Below are positions 10,463-21,668 of a DNA stretch of 64,000 bases, piece by piece. The notes under the pieces were generated by a model. That model did no database searches and had not been told where the DNA came from. It saw nothing but the letters and a program-made list of their open reading frames with translations. Source of the DNA: an archaeon. Lineage in GTDB: Archaea; Iainarchaeota; Iainarchaeia; Iainarchaeales; CSSED10-239. Where the stretch lies: the NCBI GenBank assembly GCA_035400625.1, contig DAOMZT010000001.1:28866-92865 (forward strand), in the 5' to 3' direction. Both the position numbers and the translations under genes were made by a program. Positions within the stretch are counted from its first letter, which is position 1. Each line of letters opens with the position of its first letter.

Positions 10463-10464
10463 AA

Positions 10465-11799
10465 TTACTCAAATCCATCAAAATCAGCAGGAACTTCTTT
10501 TTTTGTAATTTCTCCTGAGATGTCTTTTGACATATATTTTATTATGTCTTCTTTTGTCTTAAATCTTGCTAATGCTACACCTAGCTTAATGCAAGCAACC
10601 TCTGGTAACATATCATGATGATCAAGATAATTAACCCCAGCCTTTGTTAAGTTTCTAAGATTAGAATAAACATTTCCATTTACTCTGCCAAATAAGCACT
10701 GGGTTGTCATAATAATAATTATGCCTTTCTTTGAGGCCTTCTCTAAATATGGTAGACAATCTTTTGTTTTATCTGTTAATTTGTTTGTGGAGTCGTCTGT
10801 TGGGACAAGACCTAGGCCAGTGCCTTCTAAAATTAGGCCTTTGTAACCTTTAGAGATATACCAATCAATAACTTCTGGATTAAAGTTTGGATATATCTTT
10901 AATAATGCAACAGTGTCGCTAAAAGAAATGTCAAGATGTGGCTTTTCTTTTTGAATTTCCCAAAAGAGCTTCTTGTCTTTTAGGTATTCTATTTTGCCAT
11001 TCTGATAAACCTTAGCAAGAGCAGTATCATTAACTGCCCTAAAAGCATCCCTTCTTGAAGTGTGCATCTTTCTGCATTTTGTAGCCCTTATGATATGGCA
11101 AAAATCATCACTTATTGAGCCATGCATAGAAGTGTAGACGCCAGGTATTTTTTCTTTAATAAAATGAGCAGCACAAACTAGATTCATAGCGCCATCAAAA
11201 CTTGCCCTGTCAGGAGACCTCTGAGCACCAACCATCAAAACTGGCTTGTTAAAATTTGAAAGCATAAAGGAAAGAGCAGTTCCTGTTATTGTTAAGGTGT
11301 CTGTTCCATGAGAAATTATCACGCCATCAATCTCATCATCAATTAATTGCTCATAGACTGCTTTTGCTATCGCTTGCCAATCTTTGTAGCACAGATCCTC
11401 ACTTGCTTTTTGAATAACCGGCACTATCTTTTTAATATTAACAATCTCTAAAAGCTCAGGAACTGTTGATAATATCTCCTCAGGGGTTCTTGACATGTTT
11501 ACACCGCCTGACTTATAATCAACATGTGTTCCGATTGTTCCACCGGTTGCAACTAGACAAATAGAAGGAAGAGCAGGGTTTTGCTTAATCTCAAGCTTAT
11601 AAGTTTTGCCAATTTCTTTTTTTTCTGAAAGCAACTCATACTTTGTGTCTTTATCAAGAATTACAGAAATGTTATAGCCATTATCTTTTAGTTTTATTGT
11701 TAGTTCATTTCCTGAGATATTAACAATGTGACCAAGATAAGTAATGTTCTTTTTTATAATCTTAATAAGCTTGCCTCTGTCCTTCTCTGAGATGTCCAT
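10465..11799 (-). CDS. gatD: Glu-tRNA(Gln) amidotransferase subunit D
   Basis: Asparaginase-like TGGTIG motif (LVATGGTIGTH) and GatD architecture. Operon with gatE. Confidence 0.9.
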   Translation of the reverse strand: MDISEKDRGKLIKIIKKNITYLGHIVNISGNELTIKLKDNGYNISVILDKDTKYELLSEKKEIGKTYKLEIKQNPALPSICLVATGGTIGTHVDYKSGGVNMSRTPEEILSTVPELLEIVNIKKIVPVIQKASEDLCYKDWQAIAKAVYEQLIDDEIDGVIISHGTDTLTITGTALSFMLSNFNKPVLMVGAQRSPDRASFDGAMNLVCAAHFIKEKIPGVYTSMHGSISDDFCHIIRATKCRKMHTSRRDAFRAVNDTALAKVYQNGKIEYLKDKKLFWEIQKEKPHLDISFSDTVALLKIYPNFNPEVIDWYISKGYKGLILEGTGLGLVPTDDSTNKLTDKTKDCLPYLEKASKKGIIIIMTTQCLFGRVNGNVYSNLRNLTKAGVNYLDHHDMLPEVACIKLGVALARFKTKEDIIKYMSKDISGEITKKEVPADFDGFE

Positions 11800-11860
11800 A
11801 ATTAAAAACTCCTGCTTTGCCTAAAATATATATAAGAAAAAGAATATATAAAGCTAATGC

Positions 11861-12277
11861 CTAGTGGCCATATCTCTTAAACAAAAACTTATGGCAGAAA
11901 TATCTTGTAAGAAACATTAAAAACCCAGATAATATATTTGCAAGTATATAGTTCATATGACAATTTTCAACAAACACAAACAATAACCAGAGATTAGCTA
12001 ATATTGTAATAATGGAAATACTAAAATAAATAAAGGTAAAAACAGAATTAACTTTTTTTTGCTTGTGTGTTCTTTCTTTAACTATGTATTTCTTGTTTAA
12101 AAGATAATTTACATAAAGACCAGAAAGTATGCCTATAACTGCTGATAACAAATAATGTAATTTTAATACCTCAGTAAATAAAACTAAAATGCCTAGATGT
12201 ACAAAAGTCCCTACAAATCCTAGAGTTGCATACTTAAGAAATATCTTTTTATTATATATTAAAGAATTACTTATCAA
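11861..12277 (-). CDS. GtrA-like small membrane protein
   Basis: Four-TM topology and 138-aa size with a GtrA-like pattern. Confidence 0.5.
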   Translation of the reverse strand: MISNSLIYNKKIFLKYATLGFVGTFVHLGILVLFTEVLKLHYLLSAVIGILSGLYVNYLLNKKYIVKERTHKQKKVNSVFTFIYFSISIITILANLWLLFVFVENCHMNYILANILSGFLMFLTRYFCHKFLFKRYGH

Positions 12278-12438
12278 CTCATAATAAACCGCATGTAAAA
12301 AGCCTGGTTTTTTTTAGTAAGAAGTGTTTCTCTAAAAGATATCTTTTTTCGTCTAAACATTTTATCGCATTTTATTGTAATTTGTTTATATTATTTAGCA
12401 AAATAAAGAATATAAATGCTTTCTATTATCTTATTTAT

Positions 12439-13827
12439 ATGGACAAAACAAATTTTGAAGACACATTAGATAAAATTACAAGATATTTAAAAACCAAAAA
12501 CCTTGATTATTTTGATATTAGACTAGAGAATACAAAAAGTAATAGGATCTCGTTAGAAAATAAGATTGTTAAGGAAATAAATATTAATGATATTACTGGT
12601 ATTGGAATTAGGATTATTAATAAAGGACATCTTGGCTTTTGTTCAAGCAACAACATTAACAACTACAAGCAAATAATTGATGACTGTATCAAGGCAAGCA
12701 GAAAGACCTCAAAAAAAATCAAATTTGAAAATTGGGAAAGCAATAACAAGACTGTTAAAGACAAATATAAGGACTTTGAAGAAATGGATTTAGAAAAGAA
12801 AGTAAAAGAGCTTAAAAAAATTAATGAAGAGACATTAAAAACAAAAACCAACTATAAAATACTGCAATCAAATATAAATTATATTGAAAAAACAAGACAA
12901 AAATATTTTGTGAGCCCAGATTCTTTTATTTTTCAAAAAGATCCTCACTTGATTTTTTATAGTTCTATTACCGGAAAGATTGGAAAGACTATTGAGAATT
13001 ATATGGAGAGGGCAGGAGAATGTGGAGGACTTGAAAAACTTGATTTTAGAAAACTTAAAAAGCTTACAAATAAAAATATTAAAAATGTTTCTGAGATGTT
13101 AAAGGCTAAACCATGCCCTGCAACAAAAACAGATATAATATTAACACCAAACTTGGTAGATCTTTTGGCACATGAGGCAATTGGGCACGCTTCTGAAGCA
13201 GACGCTGTTGTTAACCATTCTTCTGTTCTACAACTAGGACAAGTGCTAACTGAGAATAAAGAAATAACAATTGTTGATGATCCTACACTTAAAGAATTTG
13301 GATATTTTGCTTATGATGATGAGGGCACAAAAGCTAGAGCAAAAACAATTGTTAAGAAAGGAGTGGTTAATGATTATCTTCTTGATATTGAATCAGCAAC
13401 CACTCTAAAAATGAAACCAAACGGTAATGCCAGAGCTGATGGATTTTCACATAAGCCAATTGTTAGAATGAGTAATACTTATTTTAAAGAAGGAAAAGAC
13501 AAGCTTGATATGGTGCTAAAAGACTTTTCAGGTTATCTTCTTGATGGCTTTGCTGGAGGACAGGTTGATCCTAGTGTTGGAACATTTATGTTTGGTATCA
13601 AGAAGGCCTATAAGTATAATAAGGGAAAAGTTATTGGAACATTTAAGCAAGCCTCAATTTCTGGAAACATCTTAGATTATTTGAAAAATGTAACGGCAGT
13701 GACAAACAAGATTGGAGAGTTTGGTTTTGGGTTTTGTGGTAAAGAGGGACAAACTGCTTTTGTCTCAGGTTCTGGTCCGCATCTAAAGATTGATAATGCA
13801 GTATTAGGAGGAACCAAACATGAATAA
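12439..13827 (+). CDS. tldD: TldD-family metalloprotease
   Basis: HExxxGH motif (HEAIGHASEAD). Followed by a PmbA paralogue with an 8-nt overlap. Start taken at the internal Met at 12439. Confidence 0.8.
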   Translation: MDKTNFEDTLDKITRYLKTKNLDYFDIRLENTKSNRISLENKIVKEININDITGIGIRIINKGHLGFCSSNNINNYKQIIDDCIKASRKTSKKIKFENWESNNKTVKDKYKDFEEMDLEKKVKELKKINEETLKTKTNYKILQSNINYIEKTRQKYFVSPDSFIFQKDPHLIFYSSITGKIGKTIENYMERAGECGGLEKLDFRKLKKLTNKNIKNVSEMLKAKPCPATKTDIILTPNLVDLLAHEAIGHASEADAVVNHSSVLQLGQVLTENKEITIVDDPTLKEFGYFAYDDEGTKARAKTIVKKGVVNDYLLDIESATTLKMKPNGNARADGFSHKPIVRMSNTYFKEGKDKLDMVLKDFSGYLLDGFAGGQVDPSVGTFMFGIKKAYKYNKGKVIGTFKQASISGNILDYLKNVTAVTNKIGEFGFGFCGKEGQTAFVSGSGPHLKIDNAVLGGTKHE

Positions 13828-15118
13828 AAACAAAATATTTGATGTTTGTGAAAGAATTGCAAAAAAAGAAAAAGTAGAATTTAGTTATAGTAATGTTTAT
13901 TCTTCATCTGCAAAGATAGAAAGCTTTGATGTCTCAAAAATCAATAATCAAGAAGCATCTGGGCTTCTAGTAAGAGCAATTGTTGATGGTTATTCAGGAT
14001 ATACAACAATAACAGAAATAACTGAAAAAAACATAAAAGAAGCAATTGAGAAAGCAAAAAAAATAGCTAAGTTAAAGAAAGGAATAAAGATTAAAGATTT
14101 TGGCGGAGACAAGAACAAGAAAACATACAAAGTAGACAAAGAAATCTTAGAGCTGGATATTGTTGATAAAATTCCAGAAATAAAGAAGAACCTGACAAAA
14201 GATAAGCACATTAAATCCTATGAGGGCGGTTTTAGAGTATCAAAGAACTATACATTTTATATTAACCCACATACATCTAAAGAAAGTAACCAAGGAGGAG
14301 CAAATATAGGCTTGCAGATAAACACAAAAGATAAAAGCCCATCAAACGGGGGAGATTCACAAACATTTACAAAAGCAAAAGATGTGGATTTTGTTTCTGT
14401 AATTGACAAAGCAAAAGACAAAGCCAAGTTTTTGTTAAACCCTGTACAAGGAAAGAAAGGAAACTATAATCTTATTTTCAGCCAAGAGGCAACCGCACAA
14501 ATAATTCTTAGCTTTATTGTGCAACCAACAATTGGGGAACTAATATATAAGAAACAAAGTTATCTTTTTGATTCTCTGGGCAAAGTTATTTTTTCTAAAA
14601 ATCTAACAATTACTGAAAAGCCACAGCTTGATTATTTTGTGGGCTCGGAAGAGATTGATGATGAGGGGTTTAAGACAACAGAAAAGAAAATAATTGATAG
14701 AGGTAAATATGCAACAACTATCTATGATCAAGAATACTCTGTGATTTCAGGAAAGAAAGAAACAGGAAATGGTTTTAGGACAGGTGTTTATTCTCCAGTC
14801 ACTTGTGGTTTTACAAACCTTGTTGTAGCTCCAGGCAAGCAAAAAGAAAAAGACATCATCTCAAACACAAAAAACGGGATCTATGTTCAAGATGTCATGG
14901 GCATACACACAAGCAACATGGCTAATGGAGAATTCTCTCTTACCATCAATTCTGGAAAAGAGATAGTTGATGGCAAATATAAAGATACCATAACAAACCT
15001 CAACTTTACAGGTAATTGTAAAGATGCATTTAGGGATATGGAATTAACAAAAGAACAGAAGTTTTTCGGCTCAGCTCTTATACCCGCTATGGTTTTAAAG
15101 AAGAGAAGATTGATTTAG
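13820..15118 (+). CDS. pmbA: PmbA/TldE-family protein
   Basis: TldD/PmbA fold partner, translationally coupled to tldD. Confidence 0.75.
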   Translation: MNKNKIFDVCERIAKKEKVEFSYSNVYSSSAKIESFDVSKINNQEASGLLVRAIVDGYSGYTTITEITEKNIKEAIEKAKKIAKLKKGIKIKDFGGDKNKKTYKVDKEILELDIVDKIPEIKKNLTKDKHIKSYEGGFRVSKNYTFYINPHTSKESNQGGANIGLQINTKDKSPSNGGDSQTFTKAKDVDFVSVIDKAKDKAKFLLNPVQGKKGNYNLIFSQEATAQIILSFIVQPTIGELIYKKQSYLFDSLGKVIFSKNLTITEKPQLDYFVGSEEIDDEGFKTTEKKIIDRGKYATTIYDQEYSVISGKKETGNGFRTGVYSPVTCGFTNLVVAPGKQKEKDIISNTKNGIYVQDVMGIHTSNMANGEFSLTINSGKEIVDGKYKDTITNLNFTGNCKDAFRDMELTKEQKFFGSALIPAMVLKKRRLI

Positions 15119-15137
15119 ATTATTAATCAATAACATT

Positions 15138-15779
15138 TCATTTTGTTTTTTCTAAAACAAAAAATAAATGATATTTATTAAATCTTGGTCTAAATTGTTT
15201 TTTAATCAAGAAATGTTTTTTAATTATTTTTATTATTTTGCTTTTAGAAAAACCAATTTTATTTACTTCCCAATAATGGCAATCCGAATCAGAAACTACA
15301 CCTTTATTTTTAATAGGTATTGGCAAATCTATATAAAAATAAATTTGGTGTATTTTTGGAAGCCACATGTGAAACTCCACACCTATTTTTCTTATAGGAA
15401 TTGATATAATTACAAATTTTTTAGACACCATTTTCAATTCAATTAATGATTTTTCGAAATCAGAAAATGGAATATGTTCTAAAACTTCAAATGCAACAAC
15501 AGTATCAAATGAATTATCAGGAAAAGGCAATTTTCTTATATCTCCAATTATATCTGGTTTTAAATTTTCATTAATGTCTAGGGAAGTTACCTTTATACCT
15601 AATTCTTTTAATTGATTATAAACCAATTTATTTCCAACACCTATTTCTAGAACTGATTTTGGATTTGTATTATATATTTCATTTAATTGATTTAAATAAG
15701 ATACGAAATCGGTATAATTATTACAACTTTTCCAATAATATTCATATTTTATACTTTTTTCATATTTTTTAGTACCCAT
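15138..15779 (-). CDS. class I SAM-dependent methyltransferase
   Basis: Motif I VLEIGVGNKLVYNQL plus acidic post-I residue (SLDINE). Confidence 0.7.
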   Translation of the reverse strand: MGTKKYEKSIKYEYYWKSCNNYTDFVSYLNQLNEIYNTNPKSVLEIGVGNKLVYNQLKELGIKVTSLDINENLKPDIIGDIRKLPFPDNSFDTVVAFEVLEHIPFSDFEKSLIELKMVSKKFVIISIPIRKIGVEFHMWLPKIHQIYFYIDLPIPIKNKGVVSDSDCHYWEVNKIGFSKSKIIKIIKKHFLIKKQFRPRFNKYHLFFVLEKTK

Positions 15780-15788
15780 TATTAATCA

Positions 15789-16913
15789 CTACAAAAATTT
15801 TTCTGCAATTTTTCTCCAAGACAATTCTTTTTCGACATAAATTCTACTGTTTTTTCCCATTTTTTTTCGTAATTTTGCATTTTTAACCAAAAATTGTATT
15901 TTTTTAGATATTTCTTTTACTCTTGCATTAATGGCAAACCCGTTATTATATTTTATAATCTCGGAATCCGCAACATTACAAATTATTGGTAGAGAACAAG
16001 ACATTGCTTCAAATAAACTTATAGTTGATTCACAAGGATAAATTGCAATATCCGCTGCCGAAAAATATTTGTACATTTCATTATTTTTGACTGCTCCAAT
16101 AAATATTACTTTTTGTTTTCGTGATAATTTTTCTAGTTTTTGCCTATAAACTGGATCGCCATCACCTAAAATAATTAATACAACGTTATCTATTCTTGAT
16201 TTACTTATTGCTTTAAGAATTAAATGCACACCTTTATTTTCAGTGATTTTTCCTGTATATATTAAAACAACTTCTTTTGGAGAAATACTATATTTTTGTC
16301 TTATTTTTCTCCTTAATAATTTATTAAATTTAAATAGATTTGAATCAACACCTAAAGCACCAACAATTACAGGTTTTTTAAATTTATAATATAAATTTAC
16401 GTGCTTTAATCCATCTTGTGATTTTATAATTAATTTATCTGCCATTCTTTCTATCAATTTAAAATTAAAAAAATAGTAATAAATTGATTTTATTGCACTT
16501 ATTTTTTTAAATGGAGTATATGGGTGATCATCATAAATTAATTTAAAACTAAATTTTTTCTTTAATTTTGCAACTCTATATGCATTAAAGGTATCCATGC
16601 CATGACAAATCAAAAGATCAGGACTTATTTTACTTATTTCTTTTTCTAAACCAATTAACCAATTTTTTGTACCAAATTCTAATTTGGATTTTAACCTTAT
16701 AATTTTAAAACCATCAATATTTGTTATGCCAACCCCAATTTTTCTATCACCTAATATTTTTTCAGCCGTATTTTCATAATTTGGAAAAGGATAATATCTA
16801 TCAGAAGTAATAACAGTCACTTCATGTCCCATTTTTGCATGTTCTTTTGCTAGATAATATTCTTGATATCCCAATTGAGGTTGTATATAATCACACACAT
16901 GAACTATTTTCAT
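15789..16913 (-). CDS. glycosyltransferase family 4 (GT-B)
   Basis: N-terminal MKIVHVCDY...EVTVIT and a C-terminal GT1 sugar-donor domain. Confidence 0.8.
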   Translation of the reverse strand: MKIVHVCDYIQPQLGYQEYYLAKEHAKMGHEVTVITSDRYYPFPNYENTAEKILGDRKIGVGITNIDGFKIIRLKSKLEFGTKNWLIGLEKEISKISPDLLICHGMDTFNAYRVAKLKKKFSFKLIYDDHPYTPFKKISAIKSIYYYFFNFKLIERMADKLIIKSQDGLKHVNLYYKFKKPVIVGALGVDSNLFKFNKLLRRKIRQKYSISPKEVVLIYTGKITENKGVHLILKAISKSRIDNVVLIILGDGDPVYRQKLEKLSRKQKVIFIGAVKNNEMYKYFSAADIAIYPCESTISLFEAMSCSLPIICNVADSEIIKYNNGFAINARVKEISKKIQFLVKNAKLRKKMGKNSRIYVEKELSWRKIAEKFL

Positions 16914-17105
16914 AATTTATCTTATTTTTCAAAATTTATTTTTATTGTATCAAATAATTATTTATTACACAAATTAATATAATTATATGGCAAATATAAT
17001 TAGATTTTAATTTCGTGAGCATTTTATTTTTTTATTTAAAATCTTTCCACAATAACACACCCTTTAGATTAAAATATTCAAGTATATATCAAAATTGCTC
17101 GATTT

Positions 17106-17954
17106 TTATTTCTTACCTATATCCTGTTTATATGAAAAACCTATACCACCACCCGCTCTCCAATGCTTTTTAGGTATTTCTGAAAAATATAAAAATTGCC
17201 TTCCAAAATTTAGAGAAAATGTAAATAAATCTGTTGACCAGTGAGAGCTATTGCCTAAAATAATGGCATTTTTTGTTAATTTATCTTTTATAGCAATATA
17301 TTCTTTATATTCATAGCCTTCTAAATGATCACTATCGTTAATAAAAAGATCTATTTTTTTATTAAATTTTTTTAAAGATTTTATTGAGTCACCATATAAT
17401 ATTTTGCTATATTTAGAATATTCACCTGCAATTAAATATCCTGCTTTTGGATTTATGTCCGTTCCATAGTGATAACCAACAAAACCTTCTTCTTTATTTT
17501 TCATAAGTGCCGCTATTAAAATACAAGAACCTAATCCTTTATCAACACCAGTTTCTACAATAATTTTTGGTTTTATTGCTCTTACAATTGCATACCACCC
17601 GATTTTTCTAGCAAAATATACTTTTTCATCACATCTATATCTCTCACTATTTTTTTGAGTTGTTATTTTAATATGCAGTTTTAATTTATCATCGTTTTCT
17701 ATCTCTGAAAAATATTTTAAAATTAAATCATATGGTTTTTGTGTAACATACGAAATTGTCTGCGCCAAATATTTTTTATTAATTTCTGTTAGATCATAAG
17801 AACTAAAGTTTGTTGTTTCTTTTGATTTAAATAACCAAATAAATGAGAAATATATTTTTTTACTAATTTCTGAAACAATTAAATAAAATCTATAACCAAA
17901 AGCACATATACTTCTTACAATTGGAATTTTTGATATTGTTTTCTTTAAATTCAT
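17106..17954 (-). CDS. putative O-methyltransferase (TylF/CmcI-like class I MTase fold)
   Basis: IVETGVDKGLGSCIL (motif I) and DLFINDSDH (motif IV-like). Confidence 0.5.
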   Translation of the reverse strand: MNLKKTISKIPIVRSICAFGYRFYLIVSEISKKIYFSFIWLFKSKETTNFSSYDLTEINKKYLAQTISYVTQKPYDLILKYFSEIENDDKLKLHIKITTQKNSERYRCDEKVYFARKIGWYAIVRAIKPKIIVETGVDKGLGSCILIAALMKNKEEGFVGYHYGTDINPKAGYLIAGEYSKYSKILYGDSIKSLKKFNKKIDLFINDSDHLEGYEYKEYIAIKDKLTKNAIILGNSSHWSTDLFTFSLNFGRQFLYFSEIPKKHWRAGGGIGFSYKQDIGKK

Positions 17955-17990
17955 AAATCTCCCTTCAGTGTATATATTTTATAAAATAGA

Positions 17991-19106
17991 TTACTTTTTT
18001 AATTCATTGTTTACTATACCCTTAAATTTTTTTGCAGAAATTTCTGATAAATAATTATCAAGAAAATGTTTCCTTATCTTTGTAGCATGTTTTAAATTAA
18101 TAATTTCTTTTTTATGCTCATTCAAAAACTTATAAATATCCACATATTTTTTGTCTTCTGCTACAAAACCTAAAAAATCAGTAGATGCTATGTTTTTTAT
18201 TGCCCCTACATTGTAAGTTAAAACCGGTATTCCATACATAAACGACTCTAAAATAACTAAAGGGAAACAATCATTATGGGTAGGATATATGAAGCAATTT
18301 GCTTTTTCAAAATACTTACTTTTAGCTAATCCGTGTTTGGCACCTCGCAAAATACATTCTTTTTCTAAATTTAATTCTTTTTGAACTTTTTTAAATTTAT
18401 CTTCAAAATCTTTTGAACTAAACCCTCCTACAAAATCACAAGTAAAATCAACATTATTATCTTTTAACATTTTACAAATATACAATACATCTATTGGTCC
18501 TTTAAATTCAAGCATATTGGATAAAAACAACAAATTTAATTTATCTTTACATCTATTCTTTAATATTGTATTAAATTTAAACTTAATCTTATCAGGAATT
18601 CCATTTGGTAAAAAATACATTTGGTCTACAAGAATTACTTTAGAATATTCTGAAATCAATGCAGGAGACAAAATGATAGTTTTTATATTTTTAAAAACAA
18701 ATTTAAAATAGTGATATTTATATTTTTTATTTATATAATTTGATAACCCTTTAGCATGAAATTGAACTAATATTTTGACTCTAAATAATTTTACTAGCAA
18801 TATATAAAAGCTATCTCTTAATAATGCCAACCCTGATGGGGCAACTTCCATATATATTAAATCAGGTTTATGAAAAATTAAATGAAATAATAATTTAAAA
18901 TAATTTTTAAAAAAAACAAATATAGTAAAAAAATTAAATCGCCCCATTTGGGATATTGAGTTATAACTATTCAATTTAATCACACTTGTTTTATATTTTT
19001 TGTCATTCTTTATTAAATTATAGTAAAACTCATTAATTTTTACAGCACCTGTTTTAGGTGGGACCCTCCTAATTAAAAATAATATTTTTTTAACCATATT
19101 TATCAA
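17991..19106 (-). CDS. glycosyltransferase family 4
   Basis: C-terminal GT1 signature (FIYPTHNDCFPLVILESFMYGIPVL). Confidence 0.75.
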   Translation of the reverse strand: MINMVKKILFLIRRVPPKTGAVKINEFYYNLIKNDKKYKTSVIKLNSYNSISQMGRFNFFTIFVFFKNYFKLLFHLIFHKPDLIYMEVAPSGLALLRDSFYILLVKLFRVKILVQFHAKGLSNYINKKYKYHYFKFVFKNIKTIILSPALISEYSKVILVDQMYFLPNGIPDKIKFKFNTILKNRCKDKLNLLFLSNMLEFKGPIDVLYICKMLKDNNVDFTCDFVGGFSSKDFEDKFKKVQKELNLEKECILRGAKHGLAKSKYFEKANCFIYPTHNDCFPLVILESFMYGIPVLTYNVGAIKNIASTDFLGFVAEDKKYVDIYKFLNEHKKEIINLKHATKIRKHFLDNYLSEISAKKFKGIVNNELKK

Positions 19107-19804
19107 TTCAATATACTTTTTATATAATCTAATTTGTTTGTAATTATATCTATTCCTTTTGTTCTCAAAGTATCATATTCCCATGTAATGTGTAAAGTTA
19201 TGCAATTATACTTCTTTAAAGGCATATTTTCTAAAGTACCATAATAATCAGATGTAACACACCTTAATTTGCGATTAAAAAAATAATTTTCAGAAAAAAC
19301 AGTTTTAAATCCTTGATTAATTAATGCTATTTTTGTGTTCTTATTTAATATATTACAAGGTGGCACATAAATATCAATCTCTTTATTAAAATATCTATTT
19401 AGTATATTTTTTCCTTTTTCTATTTTTTCAGAAATTTCGCTAACAGATTGATTTTCAAATTCATCAAACTGGTCCATTATTGTGTGGGTATTGTAAGGAT
19501 CATTATTAGATTCTAATATTTTTGAATAATAATCATAATTATGAGAATATCCATGCATTATTGGAATTAAATATTTATATTCTAGAATTCTATTATCAAA
19601 AAAATCAACAAGCACCTTTGGAACAATTGCTAAATAAAAATACAATTGTCTTTTTTCAAATTCATCAAAAATCTTAAAAAAAGGTGTTAAATCATCTAAT
19701 ACAGGTCTTATCCCAGATGGATAATCATCTATTCTTATTGTTCTTTCCTTGTGGTTAAAAAATGTTAAAAATTTATTTAAAATAATTCTTTTTGACATAA
19801 TCAC
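19103..19804 (-). CDS. putative polysaccharide deacetylase-like protein (DUF2334-like)
   Basis: N-terminal RIDDYP segment typical of DUF2334. Overlaps the upstream GT gene by 4 nt. Confidence 0.35.
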   Translation of the reverse strand: MIMSKRIILNKFLTFFNHKERTIRIDDYPSGIRPVLDDLTPFFKIFDEFEKRQLYFYLAIVPKVLVDFFDNRILEYKYLIPIMHGYSHNYDYYSKILESNNDPYNTHTIMDQFDEFENQSVSEISEKIEKGKNILNRYFNKEIDIYVPPCNILNKNTKIALINQGFKTVFSENYFFNRKLRCVTSDYYGTLENMPLKKYNCITLHITWEYDTLRTKGIDIITNKLDYIKSILN

Positions 19805-19827
19805 ACAAATTTTATAATTAATAGAGA

Positions 19828-20523
19828 TTATTTTTTTGTATCAATACATTTCAAATATCTTAAACCAATTATACTTCTATACACCTTTTTTTTTGAATGT
19901 TTAAAATCTGTTATTAATCTATAAAGCCATTCAATTTTTAAATTAACCCAAATTCGTGGGGCTTCGGATTTATCTTTTGTTAAAAAATCAATTGCTGCGC
20001 CAATATTAATATATTTGCATTTATATAAAGAAAATAACTGATTAGATAATATCTCTTGTTTTGGGGCACCAATAGCAACCCAAATATAATCAGGGTTAAA
20101 CTTTTTTATTAATCGCAACATTTTTGTTTTTATGTCTTCTGAAAATTCAAATTCAGAAATATAAGGTGGATTATAAACCTCTATATTATTAAGTGGTATG
20201 CCAGTAATTTTATTTAATTTCTGCCTATTACAATTTGCAATAAAAAAATGCTTCTTTGATTTAGCGAAATTAGAAAGAATAAAACACTTTGTAATTGAAG
20301 GGCCTCTTTGCTGTTTTAAATTTAATTTTGAAGAAATATATTTTCCATCAGGAAAATTAATATTATTTTCATTAGATATAAAATCAGCATATAATTTATT
20401 ATTTTTATAATGCCAAAGGCTTTCATTATTTAAAAAATTAAAAATTTTATTAGAGTTAGTTTTAATTAAATTAATTGGGTTTTTTTTCGAAAATAGCAAC
20501 TTCTTCATCTCTAAAAACCTCAT
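19828..20523 (-). CDS. WecB/TagA/CpsF-family glycosyltransferase (GT26)
   Basis: Conserved IGAPKQE motif and about 230-aa size. Confidence 0.7.
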   Translation of the reverse strand: MRFLEMKKLLFSKKNPINLIKTNSNKIFNFLNNESLWHYKNNKLYADFISNENNINFPDGKYISSKLNLKQQRGPSITKCFILSNFAKSKKHFFIANCNRQKLNKITGIPLNNIEVYNPPYISEFEFSEDIKTKMLRLIKKFNPDYIWVAIGAPKQEILSNQLFSLYKCKYINIGAAIDFLTKDKSEAPRIWVNLKIEWLYRLITDFKHSKKKVYRSIIGLRYLKCIDTKK

Positions 20524-20610
20524 ATATAATATGTTTGTCTAGCTATAAAAAGATATCTTATTAAATTATAAAAACAAATAGTTATAAAAATATCTAAATA
20601 GTAATTATTT

Positions 20611-21666
20611 ATGAAAACTGCACTAATAACTGGAATTACAGGACAAGATGGTTCTTATTTAACTGAGTTTCTTTTAGAAAAAGGTTATGTAGTACATGGA
20701 ATTATTAGAAGAGCAAGTGTTTTAAATACTTGGAGAATCGACCACTTATATAATAATCCTGAAATATTAGATAAGAAACTATTTTTACATTATGGAGACA
20801 TTACAGATACTACTTCAGTACTAAATATTATTAAAGAAACAAAACCTGATGAAATATATAATCTTGCAGCACAGAGCCATGTTAAAGTTTCATTTGAAAT
20901 TCCAGAAATTACTGCACAAATAGATGCCGTAGGCGTATTAAGATTACTAGAAGCAATTAGAAAACTAAATTTAGATAAAAAAATAAAATTATATCAAGCA
21001 TCAACTTCAGAATTGTTTGGCAAAGTTATAGAAACACCTCAAAATGAAAATACACCTTTCTATCCTAGAAGTCCATATGGAATAGCAAAACTTTATGCTT
21101 TTTGGATTATTAAAAATTATAGAGAAGCATATAATTTGTTTACTTGCAATGGAATATTATTTAATCATGAAAGCGAAAGAAGAGGATTTAATTTTGTAAC
21201 ACGAAAAATCACAATTGGACTTTCTAAAATAAAATTAGGTAAGCAAGATTTTTTAGAATTAGGTAATTTAGATGCGAAAAGAGATTGGGGATATGCAAAA
21301 GATTATGTTGAAGCTATGTGGTTAATGCTACAAAAAGATACACCTGATGATTATGTAATTGCTACTGGAGAAACACACACAATTAGAGAATTTATTGAAT
21401 GTGCTTGTAAAGAATTAGATATTCCATTAATTTGGCAAGGAGATGGATTAAATGAAATTGGTATAAATAAAGACAATGGTAAAACAATTATAAAAATAAA
21501 TCCTAAATACTTTAGACCAACAGAAGTCGATCTCCTTTTAGGAGACCCATCTAAAGCAAAAAGAGATTTGAGTTGGGAAGCCAAAACTAAGTTTAAAGAT
21601 TTAGTAAAAATAATGGTTAATCACGATTATAATTTAATAAAAAATAATAAAATAATATTATATTAA
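20611..21666 (+). CDS. gmd: GDP-mannose 4,6-dehydratase
   Basis: [24 protein letters not shown]-terminus and SDR-extended fold, typical of Gmd. Confidence 0.9.
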   Translation: MKTALITGITGQDGSYLTEFLLEKGYVVHGIIRRASVLNTWRIDHLYNNPEILDKKLFLHYGDITDTTSVLNIIKETKPDEIYNLAAQSHVKVSFEIPEITAQIDAVGVLRLLEAIRKLNLDKKIKLYQASTSELFGKVIETPQNENTPFYPRSPYGIAKLYAFWIIKNYREAYNLFTCNGILFNHESERRGFNFVTRKITIGLSKIKLGKQDFLELGNLDAKRDWGYAKDYVEAMWLMLQKDTPDDYVIATGETHTIREFIECACKELDIPLIWQGDGLNEIGINKDNGKTIIKINPKYFRPTEVDLLLGDPSKAKRDLSWEAKTKFKDLVKIMVNHDYNLIKNNKIILY

Positions 21667-21668
21667 AG